From the IMG/VR virus record IMGVR_UViG_3300031963_000179, positions 1-56,801 of that record: DNA of 56,801 nucleotides. One strand, given 5' to 3'. Positions 20,101 to 30,141 of this stretch are shown piece after piece (the first letter of the stretch is position 1; each line of letters opens with the position of its first letter). This stretch comes from a virus. Lineage: Duplodnaviria > Caudoviricetes. The position numbers were made by a program, and so were the translations under genes. The notes beneath the pieces are model-generated. The model made no database searches. It had not been told where the DNA came from and saw nothing but the letters and a program-made list of their open reading frames with translations.

Positions 20101-23100
20101 GTAAACAAGCCACTTCTGCAATTCAAAATATAAGTTTGCCTACAGGAGGAATAAACTATACTGTTTATGAAAATTGGTCTATAAATGTTGGAAACTACGG
20201 CGGTGTATTAGATCAAAACTTTATTGAATTTAAGCTTGAAGAACAAAAGTTAAACGGAAATCCCTCAATCATTAGTGTAATAAATGGTGAATCTGAACCA
20301 GGGTCGATGCAAGAAATACCTCTGTATGGACTGACTAACTATGGTCGTGTCCCGCAAAATATAAGAATTTTACCTTTATTACCATCTTATAAAATGAATC
20401 AGTTGCCTTCAGCTGGATATGTAAATTTTGAAGATGTCAAAATGCATTCATATAAGGTAACGAATTTAAATCAAAATCTAGTTTCAATTAATGATGTTTA
20501 TAAAAATGAATATGTATGGATAGCTGATTTTAAGGGAGATTGGAAAGCTTATGCAACCATTTCTCTAAGTAATTCTACTGACGTAATTTCTATTGTAAAT
20601 GTTGTTAATAATTTAAATGATACATGTACAGTATTTTTCAGCAAACCTCACGGCTTAACAGTTAATTCTGTAATATTAATTTTGAATTATGCAAGTGCTG
20701 TAGACGGTTTTCACGTTGTTGTAAAAATAGGTAATGCAAACTCAGTTGTGATTGATTTGAGCTTACCGTTATCTATACCAAATATAGAATCAACAGGTAT
20801 CGTTTCTAAATTACAAAATCAAAGAGTAAATTCACCAAAAGATATTATAAATTTAAATTTATTAGATACAGAATTTGTAAAAAATACTGTTTGGGTAGAC
20901 GAAAATATAGATGGTACATGGGCGGTTTATAGAAAATCAATTAACTATTTAGGTACAACCACATTTACTAAGCCATCTCCTACTACAACCTTTGGAAGTA
21001 GTGTTGCTTATGACACTAAGCTTGGATATTTTATAGCTGATTCGGGTGCAGGAAACATTTACAGATACAAGTATATTTCAAATGTAAACTTTTGGAATTT
21101 AGAAGAAACAATAACACTATCGTCAAGCCCAACTGGTTTTGGTACCAGTATGGATAAGCAACAAAACTTTTTAGCAGTGTTAAAATCTGCAGCGACAAGC
21201 ACAGTGTACATTTATGAGTTAGTTCAAACAGAAAAAATTGAAGCTGTTGCTTTACAAAATTCTTTTAACGTAAGCGGACTTACAGATAAAGTAGTAATGT
21301 CAGATGATTGTAATTATTTCTTTGTTGGAAAAAGTTCAACCAGACAAGTTTTTGCATATAGAAGAAATACGTTTTTAACCTATACAAGCATAGGCTATTC
21401 TTTAACAACAGCTATACAGCAGAATGGCACACAATTTACTGTAAGCGGTGATAGAAGGTCATTATTGTTAGAAGGACAAATGGTTAGTTTTTCTAATGCT
21501 GATACTGCTCAAACTTATAAAATAATAACTGGTACATATAGTTCTTCAGCAAACACCACAACCTTTACAATTGATGGTTACTTTTTTGCAGGCGTTACTG
21601 CAGGTACTATAGTTTATAGAGCATATTACAATTACACTAATGTAGCAACAATTACTGGTGCTGGATCGGCAACAAATTTTGGATCAAACATTGCTACCAA
21701 TTATAATGGAACTCAATTATTTGTAAGCGCACCAAATCAAGATTTTAATGCTGTTACAGATACAGGAGCCGTGTATGTTTACAATAGAATTAGACAGGTT
21801 TTTGAAAGCAATTTCAATTCAATACTTACATTAACTACAAGCTTCACATTAGGATGGACTCCTGTAAATTCAGTGACAGTATTACGAAATGGTGTTGTGT
21901 TAAGCACAAGTAACTATACTATTTCTACTAATATACTGACTATTAATATTCAAATTAACGCCGGCGATTTAATCACAGTTGAAGGAAATGATTTTGTTTT
22001 ATCTCAGACACTAATTGGTCATAGCCAAGTTTCTAATCCTAGAATCGGAATGCTTTATGGTAAAGGATTGGATATTAATACGTTTGGTAATGAACTATTA
22101 ATTGGTGCTCCGTTCGACATAGTTGATGCTACAGGTACTGAAGGAAGCGTTTACCGTTATACTAATGCAGGCAAAAAATTTGGAATAATAACTGGCTCAA
22201 CTGCGTATTCACTTTCAACGCAGCAAAATATTTTAATAAATGGTTTTCTTGTAACATTACCTAGCACAGGTATAGATGGCGCTGTAAGTGCTATAATACA
22301 AGCGAATATACCAAACGTAACTGCTTCAAAAACAATAGATAATAAATTAGTAATTCAACTTATAAATCAAAATCTCAATACATCCGGAGATAAACTTAAT
22401 TTAACTGTTTTTGCCGAAGCTGATTATGCTAGTTTGGGAATCACATATTATCAAAAAACACAAGAGTTTCACGATCCTAATATTCAAAACGCAACGCAAT
22501 ATGGATCCGCACTTAAATTCAATGAATTTAATTCTTTTGTAGTTACTGCTCCTACGAGCAATAGGTACACTCAAACAAATTTTGATTTTACTGACGATGA
22601 AGATTACACAAACGATACCATATTTGATAATAATTTTACTATATTTGTAGATATTTTAGTTGAAGCAGGTTCTGCTTACATGTACGATTATTTAGGAGCA
22701 TACAATGAAAGTATAAACAATATAGGAAATTTTGTATTAGCGCAGCTCCTTAACGATACTTCTACTAATATTGGTAGTGTACCATATTATGGAACCTCTA
22801 TAGCATTTAATGACTATAAGGTTATTATTGGTTCTCCGAACTATTTAACAGGAAGTGAAAATGGTCGTGCGAACATTTTTATAAACAACTCTAATGCGTC
22901 TGACTGGAGTGTTTATAGAAATCCTAATCAAAGTGTTGATATTGACTCATTACACATAGTTTCTATTTACAACAATCTTAATAGCCTAAATATTGTAAAT
23001 TTAGATTATATTGATCCTTTGCAGGGCAAACTATTGGGAGCTGTAAGAGAAAATCTTGATTATATTTCAAGTGTAGATCCTGCAGGATATAACAATAATA

Positions 23101-26100
23101 GTTCTACAAAAGTTGTTTGGGGACAACAGTATGTTGGTAAGCTTTGGTTCGACACCTCTCAAACAAGATTTATTGATTATCATCAAAATGATATAGTTTA
23201 TAATAGCAAATATTGGGGTAGTGTATTTCCTGGCAGTATTGTTTCGGTTTATACTTGGATAGAAAGTGATGTGTTGCCTATCGATTATTCCGGTGTTGGG
23301 ACAGTATATGATATTGATTCTTACACTACTCTTTATGAGGTAATTAATGGCGGCACAATTGTTACAAGATATTATTATTGGGTAAAAAATATAGGCAATG
23401 TAATAAGTGCGAACAAGACGCTTTCTGATAATATCATTTCATCATACATATCCAATCCTATTAGTTCAGGCATAGCATTTTTAGCACCGTTAAAGCAAAA
23501 CGTATTTGGTTTGTATAATGTATCTGAATATATTAGTTCAAACTTTACTAGCTTACACTTAGGATTTAAGTCTAACTTAGGTAATGATGTTGCACACACT
23601 GAATTTAAATTAATAAGAGATGGTTATGCTGAAGATTTCTTACCAGGACTGCCAACACTATACAACAATCTTGTAAGACCAGACGGACTATACAGAAAAT
23701 TACTAGATAGTTTTGCTGGTGTTGATGCACAAGGTCAAGCAGTACCTAACCCATTCTTGCCTAGATTATTACAAACTGGAACTAATTTAAGACCTAATCA
23801 AAGTTTTTTCTATAATAGATTAAAAGCTTTACAAAATTATGTTCAATTTGCAAATAATGTAATGATAAAGTTTCCAATAACAGAATTAAAAAATCCAAGT
23901 TTCTTATCATTAGGCGGATCCGCAATAACAGGTGTAAATGCCCCTGCATTCTTTACAATTTCGGGTGATAATTTTGATACAAATAATTATTGGGAATATG
24001 TGAATTGGTGGGAGGAAGGTTATTCAGACTCAACAAAAACTGATATTGATGTTGCCAAATATTACGATTTAGAAAAACTAACTCCGTATGAAAATATGAT
24101 AGTCGGAGTAAATTCTAACAGTAACGGAAAACGTGAGGTCTATATTTACAGAGTAAATTCTTGGCAGAGAATAGGGTTAGAATTAGGTACAATTCAAATT
24201 AAAGACTCGCTTTGGAATTACAGCATTAATGGTATAGGATTCGGTGATAGCTTTTTTGATAGCGATCCTTATGATACGTTTCCCTCTGTCGAAACATATA
24301 ATATAATTCGTGGATTAAATGAAGAAGTATTTACTGATGATTTGCTGATTTATAGAAATCAAGGTTTAATTTTATTGTTTAATTATATAATCACCGAAAG
24401 TGATGAATTTGGTAATTACTTGCCTTGGTTAAACAAAACATCATTCTTAGATGTTGAACATACCTTAAGAGAATTGGAACAAATTAAAAATTTCCAAAGA
24501 GACAATGAAGATTTTCTATATGGATACATTAATGAAGTTAAACCATATAGAGTAAAATTAAAAGAATTTAGTTTAAAATATACAAAAACAAATATCTATG
24601 ATGGTAATATAACTGATTTTGATTTACCTTCTCAGTGGAATGCTGAATTAAATTCATTCGTAACACCTGAGCTAGTTTTTGGTGATACAACAAAAGACTC
24701 ACAATATACTACTACTGATCCTATATGGGATGAAACTCAATACAATCAGTGGTTTAATAATTATGGAGTTAAATTACAAGGAAGACCAAATTATTTTATT
24801 GGTTTGTTAAAAGCATATGTGCCAGTCGCAACTAAAGTTATTATCGTAGACAATGCATTTGGCTATCCTGTAACAGGTGTTATAAAAATAGATAACGAAT
24901 TCATCGGATATAATCAAGTTGATAGAGATTTAGGTATATTATCAGGACTGACACGCGGAGCATTTGATACCGAAGTCGTAGAACACATGCCGGGTACTAA
25001 AATTTATATTGACTTACCTGCTGTAACTGTATTGTATGCAGGCAGAGCCTATACCGAACCACCTAATATAATCACATATGTTGATACTTCAATTTTTCCT
25101 GCTCCTAAGGTTCAAGCTGCGATCAAAGCACAAATGTCAGGAGATGAAGTCATTGCAGTTACTATTTTAAACTCAGGTGAAGGATATAAAGTTCTACCAG
25201 AACTCATTATTGAACCAGCGATAGAACATAAATTTGACTCTACTGATATTAATTTTACAAATAATACCGTAAACGTTCCTTTCAAACTTTTTGAAACAGG
25301 AGACTTATTACAGTATAGAAAAGGTGATAATGTAACTCCTATTTTAGGATTGATTGATAAGCAATATTATTACATTAGACTAATTGAATATGGGCTGCAA
25401 AAACCCACAGTTACTTTAGCTAACGAAAACAGACCAACTGCAATAGCATTTTACATTTCAAAAATTAATGCTATAAATGATACGTATCGATTAAGTTTAG
25501 TTCAAAGTAAAACACCAAGTGATAATCATATTCTATCACTGGGAGCTAGATTAATCCCAATATCAAGTAATGCTCCTACAAGACAAATTACTCCTATCTT
25601 GAAGTTTGATAGAACAAGTTATACCCCAGTAGTTCAACCTTGGGCCCCTAATCAATTCTACATCTCTGATTATAACAGTATTGGAAATGATGCAAGTTAC
25701 GGAAGTAGATTAGCAACTGCAATACCTTATAATTCTGTTTCTGGTTCTGTAGCCCCGCCGGGAGGAAACGGTGCTATATTCAATGTGTACGCTTGGATAT
25801 ATGGAAATGAAGATGAACCACCTAATTTTAATTCATCAGGAAATACTTATGGAGTCTATACTGCAGACCTTAATAGTGGTGGGTTAGGCTATCAAGTTGG
25901 TGACGTAATTACTATACCTGGTACTTCTTTAGGCGGAACCGCACCTCTCAACAGTTGTACAATCACTGTTGCGCAAGTTACACTTCCTGGATCAATAACT
26001 CAGTATGTAGTAGAAGGAATCCCTTCTACTGTTTTTAGGTCCAGTTTACAAGGTGCAACAGTTCCTATTACTAACGTTACGACTGAGACAGGTACTAACA

Positions 26101-29100
26101 ATGTAATTGTTACTTTTAACTATGCTGCTAGTACATTAAGTGCAGGATATTTAAATAAAACAAAATTATATTTCTACAAGACTAGTAGATTAACAACTCC
26201 ATACATATATGATAATTCTGGATCAGGTGGTGCAATTATTTGGGTCACTAGTCCTAAGATTTATGGACAAACTGTGCTTAATGAGTACTTTATTGATATA
26301 AAAGATTTTGGAAATATTTACACAACCGGTGATAAAATTACTATTTCAGGATCGTTATTAGGAGGTACTAGCCCTGCTAATGATTTGATAATAACAGTTA
26401 CCTTCGCTCAATCAGGAGGCATAGTATTTTATTCACTTAGTGGAATCTGTGCTAACGCTTATGCCGAATACTATACTGTGCCCATAACAGCTACTCAGTG
26501 CAGATTATATTACAATTCAATATTAACAGATCCAGTAAAGAATACAGTTGGAACTCCGTTTATATTTACCACAGGGGATATCGGATTTTATCCGGAACCA
26601 TTTACAACACCATCAGCTTCGCTAGTAGCCTACAATAATAAATTGTATAAGTGCATCGTTGCAAATAGCGATAGCACATTTGATTTTACAAAATGGGAAC
26701 TGTTGCAAAGTGACTATTTAGGAATTAATGCACTTGATAGAATAGTTACATACTATCAACCTACAGGTAACATGCCAGGTAACTATTTACCTTTGTTATT
26801 GTCAGGCTTAGAATATCCTAACGGAACTAATTTAGGTAATAAGTTTGATGAAGATTTTGAATTAGATGTTAATTTACAGGGGCAGCCATTTTATCCAAAA
26901 GAAATTGATATAAAGAGTATAGTGTACGATGGAATGAAATATGTCGCTGTAGGTAATACACCAAATCATGCTACAGTTTTATATAGCACGAACGGAAGAG
27001 ACTGGTTATTCAAAAAGATTAGTGATGTTCCTTTAAATGTAACAAGTATAATTTATTCAGGTTCTTTTTATGTGATTTCCGCTCAAAATTCTAGTGCACC
27101 TTTACTTATTAGTTATGATGGATATAATTGGGTAAGTGTTGGGTCTTATACTGTTTTTGATGACGCACCTTTTGATGTTACAGGGTTCGATACACTTTCT
27201 GTAGAAACTCCGAACGATGAGCTTTATAGTGTTGCATATTACAATAATAACTATGTGGCGGTAGGTAGCAACCTCTTAACCAGTATTAATGCAACAAGTT
27301 GGGGAACAGGGTTTAGTTTTCAAAGTAGATTGCCAAATGTTTTAAAATCTGTAAGTTATATTTCTGGATCAGGCCTCATATTTGAAGGATTTGTCGCAGT
27401 TGGTAGTGGTACTTCAGTCATTGAAGGGGCAAATACTCCTTCACCAGTTTTTGAGGAACAATCAAGAGTAATTATAAGCTATGACGGTATAGAGTGGACA
27501 AACACAAATCAAACAATTGACGCAAAATTTAACACAGTTTTTAATTCACCCACAAAAATTATTGCAGCAGGGGAGTTAGGTAAAATATATTGGTCAGTCA
27601 ATGCTAGTAACTGGAATCCTGCAACGATATTAGGTCCTGTGTTTACTACAGAAATTAATCATGGTATATTTGCATTAAACACTTACGTATTAGTTGGAAA
27701 TAACGGTATTGTGTTATACAGCGGTGATGGTCAAGTTTGGAACCAAACAGCTACAATTACAGTTAATACTTTAAATGAAATAAGTTTTGATGGTACTTAT
27801 TTAATAGTAGTCGGTGAAAATTCAACAATTTTAAGAAGTAGAAATATAATTGATTGGGAAAATATTTCATTTTTACTTGTAGAAGAACCTCAATACACTA
27901 TTCAGGGAGAAACGTTCCTGTCGGGTTATGGACCAGAAGAAATGGTTCCTGCTGTGATTTCTGATAATTTACAAATGATTGTCAAAACTACACCAGGCTC
28001 ACTTTGGGACCCAGGCGTATATGATAATTTTGGTTTTAATATGGTAGGAGTGACTATAGAAACTGAAAATATCACTCAGTTTTCATTTGCAGGTATATCA
28101 CCATTTGTGACAGAAATTGCGGTATATATTATATCTTCTTCAAACACCAGAGCGACTAGAATCTATAAAGTAAGTGATGTACCAACCGCAACTAGCCTAA
28201 CAAAAATTCAAACAATTAATTGGGTAAACAAAACTGTTACTTTGACATCTCCTATTTCTCCAACGGAAAAAATTTATTTTGAGTGTTATGATATTGGTGG
28301 AGGAAATCAACAATCAAAAGGAACATCAGACACTATTCCTATCAAATTAGATACTGAAAAAAATGAAAGTTATATTGACACAGAATATCCATTTAGATCA
28401 GGAGTTTATTTATTTTCTGTGGTTTATATAAATGGAGTAAAACAAACATTAAACACTGATTACAGAATAGAGCCAAATAAATCAAATTCAATTAGAATAA
28501 TTTTTGATTCAATAGTAGATTCTACAACACAATATGTAAGTTTTGCTATATTTGGTCCTACTACTACAAATTCGTACCAATATTGTATGCCAGAAACTCA
28601 GGTATTTCAATACACTAGTGGGCCACAAGTGTTTACTTTAACTAACTTTATGGGAGGTAGCAATGCTACTAATGCAGTAGTTGAAGTAGATGGTATTCGT
28701 GCAAGAAACACGATTGATTATACTATTGTAGGTAACACCTTAACTATACTACCTTCTATACCTGCTACAACTATAGTGAGTGTAACATCATTTAACGATA
28801 CGCAAAATCAATATTTTGTGACGCAAACATCTACCACTATACGAGTTACTCCTATATATTATGTAAATACCCCTGCAACTCCGGTGATAATTACTACAGC
28901 AACTAATCCCAATTTTGTTGATCAAGATCAAGTTTTAATCGACGGAGTTCAAAACATACCAGAAATTAATAATAATATTTTTTATGTAAGACCTTTACCC
29001 ACATATGTTGAAAACGCAGTAACGTATTATCCATTTGAACTGTATTTAGATTCAACCATGTCAATACCTGTAATTGGAAATACTTTTGGTACTTATTTTA

Positions 29101-29972
29101 TTAATGGGGTAGGATCAGGTGGGTATATTTGGAAATACACAAATACTATTCAGTTGACTCAACCAACATTTGATGTTGTTGATGTGAATAGATTGTTTGT
29201 ACATATCAACGGTACTAGAGTTACCCCAGACAATTTAAGAATAAATCAGCCTAACAATAGATTAAGTATTATGTCTCCTATCAGTTTAGGTAATACAATT
29301 ATAGTTACGAGTTTCATGCCTTCCCCGACCCCAAATGAACTTTGGTATTCACTTCAGGTTGATAGGAAAGGTAGTATGACTATTAGTAATAGTAACCTTC
29401 AAAATAGAACTTGGTTAGTTGACCCATTGTACCCGACTGATACTGAAATTCATGTTAATGACATAACTACATTATTAGACGATGAAACAACAAACGCTAT
29501 TGTTCAAAATGTGAATAATCAACTACTTGTCTATTTAAATTATAGTATAGTTGATATTGTGTTACTATCAATTTATAACGAAACTACTGAAATTATATTA
29601 AACCAATCCAAATATTATTTGGACACTGTAAATTCTGTTACTAAGATAGTTTTCACAGATGATGTAAGTTTAGGGGATAATTTGGTAATTACTTTGCGAT
29701 TTGGTAAGGCGATTCTTATAAATGGGGAAAAAATATCATTTAAACTCGCAAATATCAGTACTAATACGTTATCTGGAATAACAAGAGGGGTAGATGGGAC
29801 AGCAGCCCTTCCTGTTCATGACACCTATTCTTATGTGTTTAGTCTATCTACTAAAGATATACTAGATTCTTTCTATAATAACAAAGTTTGGAATTCTGAT
29901 GACTATGCAGCCTCAGGGGATCCATTACAGATAAGTAACTCTGTACCAGCTAATTTCTTAAAAAGCGACTAA
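14133..29972 (+). CDS. giant virion/baseplate protein (gp7 position), 5279 aa, with beta-propeller-like repeats
   Basis: Follows gp6; begins ID-FLPEIF; FG-GAP-like blades (FGSNIA...VSAP, IGAP), Asp-box-like S-x-D-G-x-x-W blades, YINEVKPY motif; uninterrupted 15.8 kb ORF. Confidence 0.7.
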   Translation: MVAQVRTIDFLPEIFKTTPNENFLSATLDQLVKQQDLEKLQGYIGRRFEYGLTPNSYYVPEINKTRTDYQLEPAIIFKKNETSRAIDFISYPEMIDALKLQGAPITNNSLLFDNQFYSWDSFADLDKLSNYSQYYWLPFGPDVVNVEPLPVNLTSFFDVISQTNEFLFIQDNFKIEEFNPVITLLRGGTYYFNVKQNSKFWIQTMPGLSGTVPNRTNVSTRDIFGLENNGTNEGVITFNVPRSDAQNETTYQGNINVDLVSDQAFTNIHGQRLSTIGNIDGATNLLDKTILFYGSSALQNASVETFFDELPFDQDTINPVGFDSTTFVNVNQFFFKVNYNETDIPGDPIISLTPLTVIPQDTNITVLSGNKYISKKFVRLQTGEIQIIPEITAPLDVLYYQDSSNLKKFGIIKIVDNNTENFINVETEILGKLTYTSPNNVKFTNGLKISFSGDIIPEKYKNDQYYVEGVGTGIKLIPNSSLVTPESYSQSVYYPYDISPYDIAPYSDIVESPIAQDYITISRAANNLNAWSRGNRWFHSQVIQETIKHTNSSNLLNVINSNEARAKRPIIEFYPNLKLFNLGTEARGPVDYFDVTATDAFTQVANQLQYYPDGSSFGLFDGCRVVFSADTDVNVRNKIFRVNFVSTAEALQTSTTIVSTSASTDRLTVSDSTKFVVGSLVSLNQSIGGLSAFTKYYVYDKPNTTSLRLSTDPNLSSFIQLSNDSGNVLLTQAPPIITFTKIANGDIENLDQVVVLLGQVRKGYTYWFDGTNWIQGQLKTTVNQPPLFDVFDTNGLSFGDTDYYNSSSFIGTSLFQYATGTGNNDPVLGFPLKYSSVDNIGDIQFDVSFNTDQFTYVLNGNPTTQNVNEGYVYNYNSRDTYNRELGWQTAISESFQYQAFTFNYNPLNGDAKFICDVPANSSESTAWPVIKVTVRDNVLFDSEFSYVVENNTTIVTLNANPILETPVQILIYSNQVSKNAYFTIPTNLENNIFNAQIKNLNLGDLKNHYLSICTNSKRITGQIFGSNNYRDLPNLVRYGTKIIQNSAPLSLTGALLKNANYNLIDALNFNANEYVKYKSLLIDIVNKTPYESYQIASTILDNAINEITSFKAQNNSFFWSDMLPNRGAYITNRYTFKADVQQAQFSLSKIYNFSSANYNGVLLYVLREVEGVLVEKQLIRNVDYTVSADEPLVTVQTDLIAGDVIVVNEYNQTYGSYVPNTPTKLGFYPATVPEVVYDSSYLTPTWFIKGHDGSLTTLYGSYTNGNLTDYRDQVIFEFECRIYNNIKVSSRIPISSDEILPGQFRKTNYNYDEILQLYSLSFLNWVGQNRIDYKSQYYITTDPYTYNYYQATNKLDNTIVKRGNWKGLYNWFFDTATPNLTPWELIGYTNKPVWWDGYYGAAPYTKNNLVLWTDMENGYDYNDGNPIIIESRKRPGLLKVLPVDDLGNLVDPLNSVIGNYDELTFQTQWKVGDWGPAEYSYLKSSTWPFDLVKILALCKPAKFFALGENLDTYKYNTEFNQYLLNDKFRFTTTGTVVYGSGTAQHSYINWIVDYVQSTGNSGYDLLTNYLNNLDVRLVYRLAGFSDKELLKFYVDKGSPNSKNNTLLIPDESYSVLLHENQPFDTIIYSSIIIQKTDTGYQVYGNSQNKIYFKALAPLVNGKYETITSGSLSVKISKNSSDRVIIVPYSTEFSTPQALAEFINGYGNYLSSQGLLFDQVENNVILNWNTMIQEVLAWIQAGWETGSILNINPLAKKIVIDKENSIVQPLTIQEQNYILNQNLIPIQIKDMSVIRNGVEFSAIPIKVDDTIAYLNANLSNMEHAIVFDNVTLFNDLIYDPNTGLRQYRMLLKGAKTATWDGTVDTKGFILNQDNVLEWQINTKYTKGIIVKYKNNYYAANEIIQPSDTFQQGFWTKVDYDEIQKGLLPNASSRAYESTLYYNSYTANLENDADLLAFSLIGYRPRNYLVAANLDDISQVNLYKTMIVEKGSKQATSAIQNISLPTGGINYTVYENWSINVGNYGGVLDQNFIEFKLEEQKLNGNPSIISVINGESEPGSMQEIPLYGLTNYGRVPQNIRILPLLPSYKMNQLPSAGYVNFEDVKMHSYKVTNLNQNLVSINDVYKNEYVWIADFKGDWKAYATISLSNSTDVISIVNVVNNLNDTCTVFFSKPHGLTVNSVILILNYASAVDGFHVVVKIGNANSVVIDLSLPLSIPNIESTGIVSKLQNQRVNSPKDIINLNLLDTEFVKNTVWVDENIDGTWAVYRKSINYLGTTTFTKPSPTTTFGSSVAYDTKLGYFIADSGAGNIYRYKYISNVNFWNLEETITLSSSPTGFGTSMDKQQNFLAVLKSAATSTVYIYELVQTEKIEAVALQNSFNVSGLTDKVVMSDDCNYFFVGKSSTRQVFAYRRNTFLTYTSIGYSLTTAIQQNGTQFTVSGDRRSLLLEGQMVSFSNADTAQTYKIITGTYSSSANTTTFTIDGYFFAGVTAGTIVYRAYYNYTNVATITGAGSATNFGSNIATNYNGTQLFVSAPNQDFNAVTDTGAVYVYNRIRQVFESNFNSILTLTTSFTLGWTPVNSVTVLRNGVVLSTSNYTISTNILTINIQINAGDLITVEGNDFVLSQTLIGHSQVSNPRIGMLYGKGLDINTFGNELLIGAPFDIVDATGTEGSVYRYTNAGKKFGIITGSTAYSLSTQQNILINGFLVTLPSTGIDGAVSAIIQANIPNVTASKTIDNKLVIQLINQNLNTSGDKLNLTVFAEADYASLGITYYQKTQEFHDPNIQNATQYGSALKFNEFNSFVVTAPTSNRYTQTNFDFTDDEDYTNDTIFDNNFTIFVDILVEAGSAYMYDYLGAYNESINNIGNFVLAQLLNDTSTNIGSVPYYGTSIAFNDYKVIIGSPNYLTGSENGRANIFINNSNASDWSVYRNPNQSVDIDSLHIVSIYNNLNSLNIVNLDYIDPLQGKLLGAVRENLDYISSVDPAGYNNNSSTKVVWGQQYVGKLWFDTSQTRFIDYHQNDIVYNSKYWGSVFPGSIVSVYTWIESDVLPIDYSGVGTVYDIDSYTTLYEVINGGTIVTRYYYWVKNIGNVISANKTLSDNIISSYISNPISSGIAFLAPLKQNVFGLYNVSEYISSNFTSLHLGFKSNLGNDVAHTEFKLIRDGYAEDFLPGLPTLYNNLVRPDGLYRKLLDSFAGVDAQGQAVPNPFLPRLLQTGTNLRPNQSFFYNRLKALQNYVQFANNVMIKFPITELKNPSFLSLGGSAITGVNAPAFFTISGDNFDTNNYWEYVNWWEEGYSDSTKTDIDVAKYYDLEKLTPYENMIVGVNSNSNGKREVYIYRVNSWQRIGLELGTIQIKDSLWNYSINGIGFGDSFFDSDPYDTFPSVETYNIIRGLNEEVFTDDLLIYRNQGLILLFNYIITESDEFGNYLPWLNKTSFLDVEHTLRELEQIKNFQRDNEDFLYGYINEVKPYRVKLKEFSLKYTKTNIYDGNITDFDLPSQWNAELNSFVTPELVFGDTTKDSQYTTTDPIWDETQYNQWFNNYGVKLQGRPNYFIGLLKAYVPVATKVIIVDNAFGYPVTGVIKIDNEFIGYNQVDRDLGILSGLTRGAFDTEVVEHMPGTKIYIDLPAVTVLYAGRAYTEPPNIITYVDTSIFPAPKVQAAIKAQMSGDEVIAVTILNSGEGYKVLPELIIEPAIEHKFDSTDINFTNNTVNVPFKLFETGDLLQYRKGDNVTPILGLIDKQYYYIRLIEYGLQKPTVTLANENRPTAIAFYISKINAINDTYRLSLVQSKTPSDNHILSLGARLIPISSNAPTRQITPILKFDRTSYTPVVQPWAPNQFYISDYNSIGNDASYGSRLATAIPYNSVSGSVAPPGGNGAIFNVYAWIYGNEDEPPNFNSSGNTYGVYTADLNSGGLGYQVGDVITIPGTSLGGTAPLNSCTITVAQVTLPGSITQYVVEGIPSTVFRSSLQGATVPITNVTTETGTNNVIVTFNYAASTLSAGYLNKTKLYFYKTSRLTTPYIYDNSGSGGAIIWVTSPKIYGQTVLNEYFIDIKDFGNIYTTGDKITISGSLLGGTSPANDLIITVTFAQSGGIVFYSLSGICANAYAEYYTVPITATQCRLYYNSILTDPVKNTVGTPFIFTTGDIGFYPEPFTTPSASLVAYNNKLYKCIVANSDSTFDFTKWELLQSDYLGINALDRIVTYYQPTGNMPGNYLPLLLSGLEYPNGTNLGNKFDEDFELDVNLQGQPFYPKEIDIKSIVYDGMKYVAVGNTPNHATVLYSTNGRDWLFKKISDVPLNVTSIIYSGSFYVISAQNSSAPLLISYDGYNWVSVGSYTVFDDAPFDVTGFDTLSVETPNDELYSVAYYNNNYVAVGSNLLTSINATSWGTGFSFQSRLPNVLKSVSYISGSGLIFEGFVAVGSGTSVIEGANTPSPVFEEQSRVIISYDGIEWTNTNQTIDAKFNTVFNSPTKIIAAGELGKIYWSVNASNWNPATILGPVFTTEINHGIFALNTYVLVGNNGIVLYSGDGQVWNQTATITVNTLNEISFDGTYLIVVGENSTILRSRNIIDWENISFLLVEEPQYTIQGETFLSGYGPEEMVPAVISDNLQMIVKTTPGSLWDPGVYDNFGFNMVGVTIETENITQFSFAGISPFVTEIAVYIISSSNTRATRIYKVSDVPTATSLTKIQTINWVNKTVTLTSPISPTEKIYFECYDIGGGNQQSKGTSDTIPIKLDTEKNESYIDTEYPFRSGVYLFSVVYINGVKQTLNTDYRIEPNKSNSIRIIFDSIVDSTTQYVSFAIFGPTTTNSYQYCMPETQVFQYTSGPQVFTLTNFMGGSNATNAVVEVDGIRARNTIDYTIVGNTLTILPSIPATTIVSVTSFNDTQNQYFVTQTSTTIRVTPIYYVNTPATPVIITTATNPNFVDQDQVLIDGVQNIPEINNNIFYVRPLPTYVENAVTYYPFELYLDSTMSIPVIGNTFGTYFINGVGSGGYIWKYTNTIQLTQPTFDVVDVNRLFVHINGTRVTPDNLRINQPNNRLSIMSPISLGNTIIVTSFMPSPTPNELWYSLQVDRKGSMTISNSNLQNRTWLVDPLYPTDTEIHVNDITTLLDDETTNAIVQNVNNQLLVYLNYSIVDIVLLSIYNETTEIILNQSKYYLDTVNSVTKIVFTDDVSLGDNLVITLRFGKAILINGEKISFKLANISTNTLSGITRGVDGTAALPVHDTYSYVFSLSTKDILDSFYNNKVWNSDDYAASGDPLQISNSVPANFLKSD

Positions 29973-29980
29973 AAACTGAT

Positions 29981-29988
29981 GATAAATA
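29981..29988 (+). promoter_or_regulatory. late promoter GATAAATA
   Basis: Intergenic, 6 nt before ATG 29995. Confidence 0.75.
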
Positions 29989-29994
29989 CATATT

Positions 29995-30141
29995 ATGACT
30001 GAAAAAGATAACACGATTGACACAAAAATAAAAGAGGAGCAAAGACCCGATGAAAATGCGGGATTCATTTTTAGCTCAGCTATTAAGATTTTTGATCCTA
30101 AAACTAATGAAGTTTTAGTCCAAAAAAGAGGCGATGATTAA
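29995..30141 (+). CDS. small 48-aa virion-module protein (absent from the ORF track)
   Basis: MTEKDNTIDTKIKEEQRPDENAGFIFSSAIKIFDPKTNEVLVQKRGDD; late promoter upstream; its TAA overlaps the next ATG; resembles the N-terminus of the next protein. Confidence 0.75.
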   Translation: MTEKDNTIDTKIKEEQRPDENAGFIFSSAIKIFDPKTNEVLVQKRGDD

